Part shown: in pieces, positions 30,486-39,380 of the stretch
How the letters are laid out: the number at the start of each line of letters is the position of its first letter
Numbering within the stretch: the first letter of the stretch is position 1
From: Limnothrix sp. BL-A-16
GTDB taxonomy: Bacteria > Cyanobacteriota > Cyanobacteriia > CACIAM-69d
DNA length: 64,000 nt
Reading direction: 5' to 3'
Assembly: GCA_041937175.2 (NCBI GenBank)
Contig: CP166615.1
Coordinates: 3,872,001-3,936,000, forward strand
Position numbers and translations under genes: made by a program
Notes under the pieces: model-generated
What the model saw: only the letters and a program-made list of their open reading frames with translations
Told to the model about the DNA's origin: nothing
The model's database searches: none

Positions 30486-30515
30486 TTAGTAAGAATTTTG
30501 ATGTCTTTCTCCGGA
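30486..30515 (-). promoter_or_regulatory. Candidate DIF1-type promoter upstream of patX (TCCGGA-N18-TACTAA)
   Basis: TCCGGA at 30510-30515, about 100 nt upstream of the ATG. Confidence 0.4.
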
Positions 30516-30710
30516 ACCTATTCCCTTTACGGTTCAGTGCCAATTCATTAACTGTCCTCGAATTTTGGGTGATAATTAGCTAATTAGAATCTCTTCGTTC
30601 GGGGGGACAGGAAACCGGATTTTGGGGAGAAATTGGGGTCAAAATTGCGATCGCCACGGCATCAGTGCTGGTTGAATGGAGAATTGACGAACACCAAGGA
30701 AGATTCGCCG

Positions 30711-31337
30711 TTGTCTGGATTGGCCAATTCACAAACCGACCTACGGGCAAACTCGCTGGTCAGCACGATCGAGGCAATTTTGTACCTCAAGGGACAGCCC
30801 CTCAGTTTGGCGGAGATTGCCGACTGTGCCGGTTGTGCGCGAGATCTGGCCCACGAGGCCTTGCTGGACTTGATGAACGACTATGCCCAGCGGGACACGG
30901 CGTTGGAGGTGGTGGAACTGCGCAAGGGCTGCTACACGTTGCAATTGCGCGATCGATTCCAGTCCCTGGTGGAGCGGCTGATTCCGGCGGACTTGGGCGT
31001 GGCGGCATTGCGAACCTTGGCGGTGATTGCCCTCAAGGGGCCGCTGCCGATGGCGGATTTGGTCGATTTACGCGGCTCCGGAGCCTATCAGCATGTGCAG
31101 GAGCTGGTGGAGCGAGATTTTGTGAAAAAACGGCGCTATGGGCGATCGTCCATGGTGCAGGTGAGCGAAAAGTTCCACCGCTACTTTCAGTTGGATGTGG
31201 AAAATCAGAATTCCGCGCAGTTGGAGTTGGCGCTCAATCAGTTGCGATCGAGCCTGCCGCCCGATGAGGATGCGGCCGAAGACCCAGAAGATCCAGAAGA
31301 CCTCGATCGGGATTCGGTTGATCCAGATCTGGACTGA
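30711..31337 (+). CDS. scpB: SMC-Scp complex subunit ScpB
   Basis: IEAILY, ALRTLAVIA, LRGSGAYQHVQELV; TTG start after AAGGA. Confidence 0.9.
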   Translation: MSGLANSQTDLRANSLVSTIEAILYLKGQPLSLAEIADCAGCARDLAHEALLDLMNDYAQRDTALEVVELRKGCYTLQLRDRFQSLVERLIPADLGVAALRTLAVIALKGPLPMADLVDLRGSGAYQHVQELVERDFVKKRRYGRSSMVQVSEKFHRYFQLDVENQNSAQLELALNQLRSSLPPDEDAAEDPEDPEDLDRDSVDPDLD

Positions 31338-31362
31338 GAATCTGAGCTGGGAATTTTAGGAA

Positions 31363-31501
31363 CTGTCGTCCAATCGCCTGAAACCCTGATTCCACCGTTG
31401 GCGAATTGTGGGGGACAAGGGGCTTAAGCCCCTTGTCTAGGGTGGTTAGAGTATGGAAGATCAACCGTTTTGACTAGATCCTAGAAAACGACGACAGGCC
31501 C
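31363..31501 (+). mobile_element. About 140-bp mini-element with perfect palindrome (31416-31435) and short terminal inverted repeats
   Basis: Ends CTGTCGTC ... GACGACAG; colinear with the 28383 copy. Confidence 0.75.
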
Positions 31502-31544
31502 TAAGGGTAATGATTTTGAGGAAATTTCTGAGCCGATCGGGAGT

Positions 31545-31982
31545 GTGCATCCCTTGAAATATCTTTGGCATCAGTGGTTAGCCGCCGCCTCAGAGCGGCC
31601 AGACCTGCGGGCCCCGATCGCGGTAGCCTTGGGGGCCATTCCCGGCGCATTGGGGCGCTATTATCTATCGCTGCTTTGTGCGCGACTGTGGGGCACGGGT
31701 TGGCCGATCGGCACGTTTTTGGTGAATTTGTCTGGGGCGGTGTTGATGGGGCTGTTTGTGGGGTGGATGACGGATCGATCGCCCCTGTATCCCGAATTGC
31801 GGCTGTTGTTCGCCGTGGGATTTTTAGGCTCCTACACCACCTTTTCTAGCTACATCTTGGATGCGTCAAATCTGGCGCGATCGGGTGCTTGGGCCATGAG
31901 CTTGGCCTATGGCTTCGGCAGCTTCGCCCTCGGTTGGTTGGGTTTGGAATTGGGGCGTTGGCTCATTGACCGTTGGCGCTAG
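31545..31982 (+). CDS. crcB: Fluoride efflux channel CrcB/FluC
   Basis: GAIPGALGRY, GTFLVNLSG, GFLGSYTTFSS. Confidence 0.94.
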   Translation: MHPLKYLWHQWLAAASERPDLRAPIAVALGAIPGALGRYYLSLLCARLWGTGWPIGTFLVNLSGAVLMGLFVGWMTDRSPLYPELRLLFAVGFLGSYTTFSSYILDASNLARSGAWAMSLAYGFGSFALGWLGLELGRWLIDRWR

Positions 31983-32487
31983 TTGACTGGTTCAAGGTTG
32001 CCAGCCGGTTTGATCTGGCTCATTGGATGTTTTGTAAAGAGAATTTCATAAAAACTGAGCAAAAACTCTTCTGGTTGGCATTCCCTGAAAAACGTAATTC
32101 AGTGGGGAGTAATAGCAACTTTGACCGGGATCTATCCACGAGGTTTCAGTCCTGGTTTAGGTTGCTATTCAGGCGATGAAACCCAAATCTTCAGTGGCCA
32201 AGGTCGCTCTGCAATCCCCATCACGCTGAATAGCTGTGCTCATCACTGCCGTCGGGAAAAGACCTGGGGGATCGATCGGGATCGCCAAAATCTGTTTTGT
32301 GGTTGCCCATGCCCACTTTGTAATTATTTTGTTGCAACTCTCGGTATTCCTCGAGAGTAAGACTCCCATGGGTTGCTGTATTTGATCCCTGGATTTATGA
32401 ACCTAGTTGAAATAACGTCAACTTCTGTTGATTTCCCTAGACGCTGACTCAGAACCGGTTTATCTTCAAGTCAAGGTACGAAAGAAG

Positions 32488-32655
32488 CAAGAAACGCTTC
32501 TCTCTAAGGACAGTTCCCGGTGCGTACCTCCTGCCGGAGACTGGCACGACTTCCTCTTCTGTGTTGCATCCGAAGCTTGTTGTTCAAGTAGCGTTTGCGC
32601 CATGCGGCGATCGAACCGGTAGCTGTTGATAAAACTAGCTCATTCGGGAGGTCAT
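32488..32655 (+). ncRNA. ssrS: Probable 6S RNA; ends approximate
   Basis: Rod-like pairing ACAGTTcCCGGT/ACCGGtAGCTGT with an unpaired bubble (TCTCTCTAA / GATAAAACT). Blocks GACTGGCAC and TCTTCTGTGTTGCATCCG resemble cyanobacterial 6S as I recall it; not searched. Confidence 0.55.
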
Positions 32656-32664
32656 GAATCGTGA

Positions 32665-32792
32665 GGTTCGCACCACAGGCGCTGCTAACAAAGCAGTCTG
32701 AATCGACTGAAGTGATGCCCGATTGACCGAAGTTGTGTGTCGTTGTCCACCCGATTGATTAGCTGTTGAGAGTAAAACCTGTTGAGTGATTC
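32665..32792 (+). ncRNA. Second rod-shaped RNA with central bubble (6S-like architecture)
   Basis: Closing stem TCGCACCACAGG/CCTGTTGAGTGA, bubble, inner stem AGCAGT..AATCG/CGATT..GCTGTT. Confidence 0.35.
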
Positions 32793-32817
32793 CTGTCTTC
32801 AAATAGCCAGCGAAAGC

Positions 32818-32852
32818 AAAAAGGTCTAGTCCGCGTCTGGGCTAGACCTTTT
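32818..32852. terminator. Bidirectional intrinsic terminator
   Basis: AAAAAGGTCTAGTCC-gcgtct-GGGCTAGACCTTTT. Confidence 0.85.
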
Positions 32853-32875
32853 GAGTTTGGAGAAGTGTTCGGAAT

Positions 32876-33151
32876 TCAAGATTGGGAGCGATCGAGCCGT
32901 TTTGCAATCCAGCGGCCAATCCCGTTTAAAATTGCACCCGCCATCAGAATGCCCAAGGCCGGCTGCCATAGGGGTTGCCACAGGGAATACCACAGATCAA
33001 ACCCGAAAGGCTTGTGGAGACTGCGACCAACCACGGCGATCGCCAGCCAAGCAAAGCTCAAAAACACCAAAAACAGATTGGCCATCAGCGCGCGATCGGC
33101 CCACAGCCAAAATTTAGTTTGCCAATTGGGGGAAGAAAGGGGAGCGGTCAT
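32876..33151 (-). CDS. Conserved small membrane protein
   Basis: Two hydrophobic segments; DLWYSLWQPLWQPALGILMAGA. Confidence 0.8.
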   Translation of the reverse strand: MTAPLSSPNWQTKFWLWADRALMANLFLVFLSFAWLAIAVVGRSLHKPFGFDLWYSLWQPLWQPALGILMAGAILNGIGRWIAKRLDRSQS

Positions 33152-33251
33152 TGGTCTTAGGTTCGCTGGTGCGGTTTTTGTGGTGATCCTGTGGCGTTAA
33201 TTGCGTTAACTAGGAGTTGTATCATGCCCCGTTTCCCAATCGCCCTTTCCC

Positions 33252-34496
33252 TTGCAAAATCCAACATTCAACCCCGCTGGTCAACCCGCTGAGGCAACTG
33301 ATCGCCCGATCGAGCCAGCCGCGCCCCACCTGGAAACCCTAGCGATTCATGCGGGCCGCGCGCCCGACTCCGCCACGGGAGCGATCGCCCCGCCGCTATA
33401 TCTCACCAGTACCTTTGAGCGATCGGCCGATGGTTCCTATCCCCAAGGCTATCTCTACAGCCGGTTAGATCATCCCAACCGCCGATCGCTCGAAACCTGT
33501 TTGGCCGCTCTCGAAGGCGGCGCGGTGGCCGCGGCCTTCAGCTCCGGCGCAGCGGCCATGATGGCAGCGTTGCAAGCCCTCGGGCCCGGGCAGTTGGTGG
33601 CCCCGCGCGATCTCTATCGCGGTACGGCCCAACTGATGGAACAGGTGTTGCAGCCCTGGGGATTGGCGGTGGTTTGGGTGGATGCCACGGATTTGGCACA
33701 GGTGGCCACCGCCCTCACGCCCGAAACTCGCGCCGTTTGGGTGGAAACGCCTTCCAATCCGTTGCTGAAGCTGTCGGATATTCGGGCGATCGCCCAGTTA
33801 GCCCAAGCCGCCGGGGCCCTTTGCATTTGCGATAACACTTGGGCCACTCCCCTGTTGCAACGGCCCCTGGAATTGGGAGCCGATTGGGTTGTCCATTCCA
33901 CCACCAAATATCTCGGGGGCCATAGCGATGTCACCGGCGGGGCGGTCATTGCCCGCGAACTGACCCCGGCCTTTGAGCGATTACAACAGGTGCAGCGGCT
34001 GGGTGGATCCGGATTGGCTCCCTTTGACTGCTGGCTGACCCTGCGTAGCGTGGCCACCTTGCCGGTGCGAATGGCGGCCCACTGTGCCAATGGACGGCAG
34101 GTGGCGGCCTGGTTGCAATCGCACCCGGCGATCGAGGCGGTTCACTATCCCGGCCTGCCGGATCATCCCCAGGCGGCCTTGGCGCGATCGCAAATGAAAG
34201 ACTTTGGGGGCATGGTGTCGGTGCAAGTGCGGGGCGATCGCCCGGAAGCCCTGGCCGTTGCCGCCGCCCTTCAGATCTTTACCCGGGGTACAAGTCTCGG
34301 CGGCGTGGAAAGTTTAATTGAGCACCGCGCCTCGATCGAGGGGCCCGGAACCACCACCCCAGAAAACCTGCTGCGCCTCTCGATCGGCCTTGAGCACCCA
34401 GACGATTTATTGGCCGATTTGGCGCAGGCCTTGGCAAAAGTGTACGGACTCGGGGCGTGGTCGCACGTATACCCCCTTGTTGATCCCCGAGTATGA
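33252..34496 (+). CDS. Cys/Met metabolism PLP enzyme (cystathionine gamma-synthase/lyase family)
   Basis: YSRLDHPNR, ETPSNP, DNTWATP, HSTTKYLGGHSD, SLGGVESL. Confidence 0.93.
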   Translation: MQNPTFNPAGQPAEATDRPIEPAAPHLETLAIHAGRAPDSATGAIAPPLYLTSTFERSADGSYPQGYLYSRLDHPNRRSLETCLAALEGGAVAAAFSSGAAAMMAALQALGPGQLVAPRDLYRGTAQLMEQVLQPWGLAVVWVDATDLAQVATALTPETRAVWVETPSNPLLKLSDIRAIAQLAQAAGALCICDNTWATPLLQRPLELGADWVVHSTTKYLGGHSDVTGGAVIARELTPAFERLQQVQRLGGSGLAPFDCWLTLRSVATLPVRMAAHCANGRQVAAWLQSHPAIEAVHYPGLPDHPQAALARSQMKDFGGMVSVQVRGDRPEALAVAAALQIFTRGTSLGGVESLIEHRASIEGPGTTTPENLLRLSIGLEHPDDLLADLAQALAKVYGLGAWSHVYPLVDPRV

Positions 34497-34532
34497 TAAA
34501 ACCGTCCTGAAAGCAGCCATGGCGATGCCCTC

Positions 34533-35375
34533 GTGATTCCCTCCCAAGACCAGGATTGGACATCTGATAACGGGTTTGATGATGTATATCGTCAGGCCTG
34601 TGGTGGCAGCATTGCCGCGATCGTCCAGATCCTGAATCAGAAGTTGGCTTCCGACCAAATTCGCACCCGCGCCATCATTGCGGGTGGTAGCTTGCAGTTG
34701 CTGTGTGAAGCACCCACAGCGGAAAACCTCGATCGCGACCATACCGTCGAGCGAGTGCGCGCCATCTTGGAACAGGTGGCCCCCCGAGGGATCCGCAAAG
34801 TCACCCTCTATGCCCGTCTCGTACAAGAACAGCAGCTTTTGTGGCTAGAGGCGATCCAACGAGAGCCGGAGGATCTGTTGTGGTCAGAGCCGATGATTTT
34901 GAAGCGATCGCACTGGTTCCGGTGGGTTTTTCGCAATCTCACCTCCCGCCAACGAGACCTCAATCTACCCACCCTTGGATCCACCTTGCCCGCCAAGGCC
35001 GCCCGTACCCAATTTTGGGTCGGAGCGGCTGGGGGAGCGATTTTGAGTGTCTTTTTGCTGGGGCTAGTGGCCTGGAATTTGAAATGGATCACCATTGGCA
35101 ACCCGCCGGCCACCCCCACCGCCAGCGCCACCAATGATCCCTTCGTGAAGGCTGTTCGTTTGGCGGAAACGGCTGCTCTTGGGGGGCAAACGGCCAAAAC
35201 GCGCCAGCAGTGGCTAGAACTAGCGACCCAGTGGCAAGCTGCCGCCGACTTGATGGAGCAAGTGACTCCGGATGATCGTCGGGCCGCCACCGCGCGCGAT
35301 CGGGCCCAGCGTTACCGCCAAAACAGCCAACAGGCCCGCCAACAGGCCGAGCTAGCCCCCGCCGCCTTGCCCTAA
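34533..35375 (+). CDS. Cyanobacterial hypothetical single-TM protein
   Basis: GSIAAIVQILN N-terminal domain, TM helix, helical DPFVKAVRLAE C-terminal domain. Confidence 0.78.
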   Translation: MIPSQDQDWTSDNGFDDVYRQACGGSIAAIVQILNQKLASDQIRTRAIIAGGSLQLLCEAPTAENLDRDHTVERVRAILEQVAPRGIRKVTLYARLVQEQQLLWLEAIQREPEDLLWSEPMILKRSHWFRWVFRNLTSRQRDLNLPTLGSTLPAKAARTQFWVGAAGGAILSVFLLGLVAWNLKWITIGNPPATPTASATNDPFVKAVRLAETAALGGQTAKTRQQWLELATQWQAAADLMEQVTPDDRRAATARDRAQRYRQNSQQARQQAELAPAALP

Positions 35376-35600
35376 AGCCTGTCATCAAATTTCTGCCCGA
35401 ATTCTGCTTTTAGCCCTAACTTTTGCCCTAATTCTTCTGTTGCAAAAAGACAAGGATTGCAACGCCTGCCCGAGACCAAATTGGCTTTGTTGTTGATGAA
35501 AGCTAAATGATCGATCGGACATGTTTTCCTAACTCCTGACTGATTAGTGGGAGGGCGCGATCGCTAGGATAGAATGGTGATTACTGTCAAGCTTGCCATG

Positions 35601-35663
35601 GTTGACTATAAACTGTTGACTGAAATCAGTTAACTATAGAAAGTTGACTGAAATGAGTTGACC
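35601..35663. repeat. Five GTT(G/A)AC units at exact 14-bp spacing
   Basis: Starts at 35601, 35615, 35629, 35643, 35657. Confidence 0.8.
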
Positions 35664-35703
35664 ACACAATTCAAAACCCGATCGCCCCGGCCAAATTGCT
35701 CCT

Positions 35704-36324
35704 ATGTCTATTCGGCACTTTTCCGCGCGATTGAGTGCAATTTCCATGTTTATCGATCGCGCCTTTAAAGTTGATGATGCCAAAATTAACAGCGTAAACC
35801 GTGCCTACACTCCTGAAGAATGGCAGCGATTCGGAGCCGCCGAACACGATCGCGCCACAAGTTTACTGTTAGATTACGAAGGCATTGTCCTACGAGCCGC
35901 TTTAAGTGAATTAAATTCCGTGGTGGAGTATGAGCTGAAGTGGGTGGTGAGGTCAATTTATCAAAAAAAATATGGCTCCCACCGTGACTATCGCCGCAAA
36001 CTTTCCCACAAGACGATCGCGGAAATCTATCGAATTATTGAACGTGAATTTCAAGTCAAAATAGAAACTTTGCCAGGATTTCAGGACGTGGAAGCCATGC
36101 GCAAAGTGGTGAATGCCTATAAGCATGATGATGGTTATAGCGGTCAATATCAACCATTTTTAACCATCTCTATTGAAAAGAAATACGAATTAGATATCCA
36201 AATGGTTCGGGACTATCTGCAAGCCGTTGAAGTATTTTTGCAAGCTTTGCCCGGCGAACGATTGCAATTGGGGCAAGATGTGCGGATTAAACCCATTCGG
36301 AATCCGGCGGGCTTTGGGGAATAG
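35704..36324 (+). CDS. Hypothetical helical protein, possibly HEPN-like
   Basis: 206 aa, more AT-rich than its neighbours; MRKVVNAYKHDDG. Confidence 0.7.
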   Translation: MSIRHFSARLSAISMFIDRAFKVDDAKINSVNRAYTPEEWQRFGAAEHDRATSLLLDYEGIVLRAALSELNSVVEYELKWVVRSIYQKKYGSHRDYRRKLSHKTIAEIYRIIEREFQVKIETLPGFQDVEAMRKVVNAYKHDDGYSGQYQPFLTISIEKKYELDIQMVRDYLQAVEVFLQALPGERLQLGQDVRIKPIRNPAGFGE

Positions 36325-36490
36325 TGGGTTTTGGCGAATCGGTGGCCGGTCATGACAACCGGTCACGACAATTGGTCATGATGACCGGGCATTACGACTA
36401 GCCATCAACTGGGGAGCGTCGTCTGATCATCGCTAACTCCCCGCGATCGAACAAATATCGAACAGATGAGGTTGCCCTCAACGTCCCAAC

Positions 36491-36739
36491 TCAGGTGGGA
36501 ACCAGTTCGCCGGGTCGCAGCCGGGCCCAGCGGCCTTGGTCAGCCGTGAAGCTTTGGCAACCCACCACATCCCACTCCATTTCGATTTCGTTGTCGCGCG
36601 GTCGGATGTTGACATTAATGCTGGGTTCGATCGGCTCAAAATCCGGCGAATCCGTCAAATGTGCCTGTTGATGTTGGGCTTCAACCGCGTGGTAAGTCGT
36701 GCAGCGATCGATATAAAGGCAGTTGATACAAATGCACAT
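36491..36739 (-). CDS. ycf34: Ycf34-family protein
   Basis: MCICINCLYIDRCTTYHAVE...EMEWDVVGC. Confidence 0.93.
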   Translation of the reverse strand: MCICINCLYIDRCTTYHAVEAQHQQAHLTDSPDFEPIEPSINVNIRPRDNEIEMEWDVVGCQSFTADQGRWARLRPGELVPT

Positions 36740-36951
36740 GGCTTGGGCACTCCTTGGCTATTCAAACAAGGCCCGGCGAGCGATCGCACCAAAGACCACC
36801 ACGGTTCGATCGCAGCCCCAGTTTTAATCTAGCTTGCGCCCATCGCAATAGACATCTCGCCTCCTTCCCAAGCTATGCCATTCTAGAGAAGACAACTCAT
36901 CAGGCGATTGTCATCAGGCGATTGTCACACTGGGGGCGGTTTTTGCCCACT

Positions 36952-37126
36952 ATCAATATCCAAGTCGCGGGCGGGCAGTCCGAGACGCAAAACGGACGTG
37001 GAGGCAAGCGTCAGACTGGTTCGCCAGCAGCAGCCGATGAAGCGTCAACCCGTGGTCTAGTCGAGCAGCTTCGGTTGTTCGGTTAGGGCCGGAATCCCCA
37101 CGCATTTAGGCTGGGGAGGATGTCAA
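36952..37126 (+). mobile_element. IS200/IS605 remnant: tnpB 3' tail plus right end (omega/reRNA scaffold region)
   Basis: Encodes INIQVAGGQSETQNGRGGKRQT...ADEAST (TnpB C-terminal tail), then the hairpin TCCCCA..TGGGGA and GGATGTCAA. Confidence 0.8.
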
Positions 37127-37254
37127 GAAACACGGCCAGTTCGGTCGTGTCAGCCTGGGCCGCGGATGAAGCCAACTTCGCCGCGATGGTGCAGGAAGTT
37201 CCCTGATTGCTAGCATGTTGCGGCAATGGCTTAGGGAAATCGTGACGGCGGTGT

Positions 37255-37308
37255 CGAGCCATTCATCGGGTCGTTAATGTACGAGCCATTCATCGGGTCG
37301 TTAATGTA
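37255..37308. repeat. Perfect 27-bp tandem duplication
   Basis: CGAGCCATTCATCGGGTCGTTAATGTA twice. Confidence 0.9.
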
Positions 37309-37309
37309 G

Positions 37310-39187
37310 TTGATGCAAACCTTGTTGCGGGCGCGCGTAACGCGGTTGATCCAACAGTGGCTTCAGCGAATTCCGGTTGTCAGGACAGCGATCGAATACT
37401 TAGCTGCGGTCAATGTGGCGGCGGACGATGGGAGCAATCTCGATCGTATGTCCTATGAAGGCTGGCAAAATCGCTTCCTGTTAGCTCGGGTTCGGTTAGC
37501 CTTTGGGTTAGGGCTGCTGATTTCCTGGAGCTTTGCGGTCTTAGACCTGGCGCGATCGGTCTTGCGCCAGGAAACCCTCAGTTGGGATAACGTGGCCGCG
37601 CGGTTGGCCACCCTGATTAGCCTGTTGGGGTTTTGGTATTTATCCGACACCCGCTGGGGAGCGCGCCATCTGCGGGTTCTGTTTTTGGGGTTTTTATTTT
37701 CCTTCCAAATCGTCCCCGAAACTTGCCAGGTTCTGTTGTCGCCCGTGACCCTGAACCGGTTGCCTCCCCGTCTTTTTGGGTGGGCCTTTGGGTTTTTTGC
37801 CCAAGCGACCCTAATCCCGGCTCGCTGGCCCCTGCATGTGTTGTCCCAGGCCTTGGCGTTGATCCATTCCTTTGGGCTGCGGGAATTGCTGGGGGCGGCC
37901 ATTCGCTCCTCACCGATCCAATCGCGATTTGGCCTGTTGCTAGAGCTGTTTTGGATTTGTGTGGTTTGCGATTTGTCGGTTTATCTCTATGAACGGCTCC
38001 AGCGCGCGGAATTTAGCGCCCGCAGCAAGCTAGCCGATGCCTATGAACAAGTGGAGGCGGCCGAGGCCAAATATCGCAGCATCTTTGAAAACGCCGTGGA
38101 GGGAATTTTTCAGTCCACGGTGGATGGATCTTTCATCAGCATGAATCCCGCCCTGGCACGCATTTTGGGTTATGACTCGCCGGAAGCTGCGATCGCGGGA
38201 ATTACGGAAATTCCGAGTTTGTATTCAGATCCCAAGCGGCGGGATGAGTTTTGCCACATTCTGGCCACAGAGGGCCAGGCGATCGCCTTTGAATCTCAAA
38301 TTTATCGATCGGACGGTTCCACCACCTGGATTGTGGAAAATGCCCGAGCGGTCTATGACGTGCGGGGGCAAATCATTGGCTATGAGGGCACGGTGGCCGA
38401 TGTCAGCACCCGCAAAGCGGCCGAAGTGGAAATTCGCCGCGCCCTGGAAGCCGAAAAAGACCTGAACCGCATGAAATCCCAGTTCGTGTCCATGACTTCC
38501 CATGAATTTCGCACCCCCTTGACCACCATCCTGGCCTCGGCGGAAGCCCTGGAGCACTATGGCGATCGGTGGGGGCCCGATAAAAGTCGCAACTATCTCC
38601 GCCGCATCCAAACCATGGTGCATCACCTGACGGAGTTGTTGGAGTCGGTTTTGGTGTTGGGGCAGGCGGACTCGGGGCGGTTGCAGTTTCGGCCGGGGCC
38701 CGTTGACCTGGAAGGGTTCTGCAACGGGTTGGTGGAGGAAATGTCTTTGAACCTGAAGGCCAACCAGGCGATCGAGTTTCGAGTGGTGAACCGAGGGGCG
38801 GCGGCTCCAGTGTTGGCCATGGATGAAAAGCTGCTGCGGCACATCCTGTCTAATCTGCTGTCCAATGCGTTGAAATATTCCCCCAACGCCAGCACCACTC
38901 AGTTTCGGTTGATCTATGCTCCGGAGTCTGTGCGGTTTGTGATTCAAGATCAGGGCATTGGCATTCCAGCGGCCGATCGGGAGCGTTTGTTCGAGTCCTT
39001 CCACCGGGCTGGCAATGTGGGAACCATTCCCGGGACTGGGTTGGGCCTGGCGATTGTCAAGCGATCGGTTGACTTACACGGGGGACAAATCCAAGTGGAC
39101 AGCACCGAAGGCGTGGGAACCACCTTCTCGGTCACCCTACCGGTCACCCCTTGGCAACCGCTCAGCAGTGAAGAAGATCACCTCTGA
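37310..39187 (+). CDS. Membrane-bound PAS sensor histidine kinase
   Basis: TM helices, YRSIFENAVEGIFQ (PAS), SHEFRTPL, GTGLGL. Confidence 0.92.
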   Translation: MMQTLLRARVTRLIQQWLQRIPVVRTAIEYLAAVNVAADDGSNLDRMSYEGWQNRFLLARVRLAFGLGLLISWSFAVLDLARSVLRQETLSWDNVAARLATLISLLGFWYLSDTRWGARHLRVLFLGFLFSFQIVPETCQVLLSPVTLNRLPPRLFGWAFGFFAQATLIPARWPLHVLSQALALIHSFGLRELLGAAIRSSPIQSRFGLLLELFWICVVCDLSVYLYERLQRAEFSARSKLADAYEQVEAAEAKYRSIFENAVEGIFQSTVDGSFISMNPALARILGYDSPEAAIAGITEIPSLYSDPKRRDEFCHILATEGQAIAFESQIYRSDGSTTWIVENARAVYDVRGQIIGYEGTVADVSTRKAAEVEIRRALEAEKDLNRMKSQFVSMTSHEFRTPLTTILASAEALEHYGDRWGPDKSRNYLRRIQTMVHHLTELLESVLVLGQADSGRLQFRPGPVDLEGFCNGLVEEMSLNLKANQAIEFRVVNRGAAAPVLAMDEKLLRHILSNLLSNALKYSPNASTTQFRLIYAPESVRFVIQDQGIGIPAADRERLFESFHRAGNVGTIPGTGLGLAIVKRSVDLHGGQIQVDSTEGVGTTFSVTLPVTPWQPLSSEEDHL

Positions 39188-39380
39188 TTTTGAGTCTTGA
39201 ACCTTGAACCAGTCTTGAGCGTTGGGGGCGGTTGGCAGACCACGGCGGCCGCGGTCTACCGGGTGCTGTTCTGAGCCAGACCGGCCAGGTTCAATCCTGG
39301 AAAGGAAATCCATAAAATGGGTAGCCATTGAGTTAATCGATTCTTTGTGCACAACGCATCGGGTTAAGGGAGCGATCGCC

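Noticed and set aside
31440..31545. Fluoride riboswitch upstream of crcB
   Set aside because: No GGCGATGG...TGATG-like core. The region is occupied by the mini-element.
32428..32622. 64-aa ORF in the 32.4-kb intergenic region
   Set aside because: TTG start, no SD or motif; better explained as structured RNA.
36346..36405. Degenerate 12-bp tandem repeat (CCGGTCATGACA-like)
   Set aside because: Ordinary STRR-like intergenic repeat.
36754..37086. 110-aa ORF as a real gene
   Set aside because: Only the last 44 or so codons resemble a TnpB tail; the rest crosses repeats and the ycf34 upstream region.
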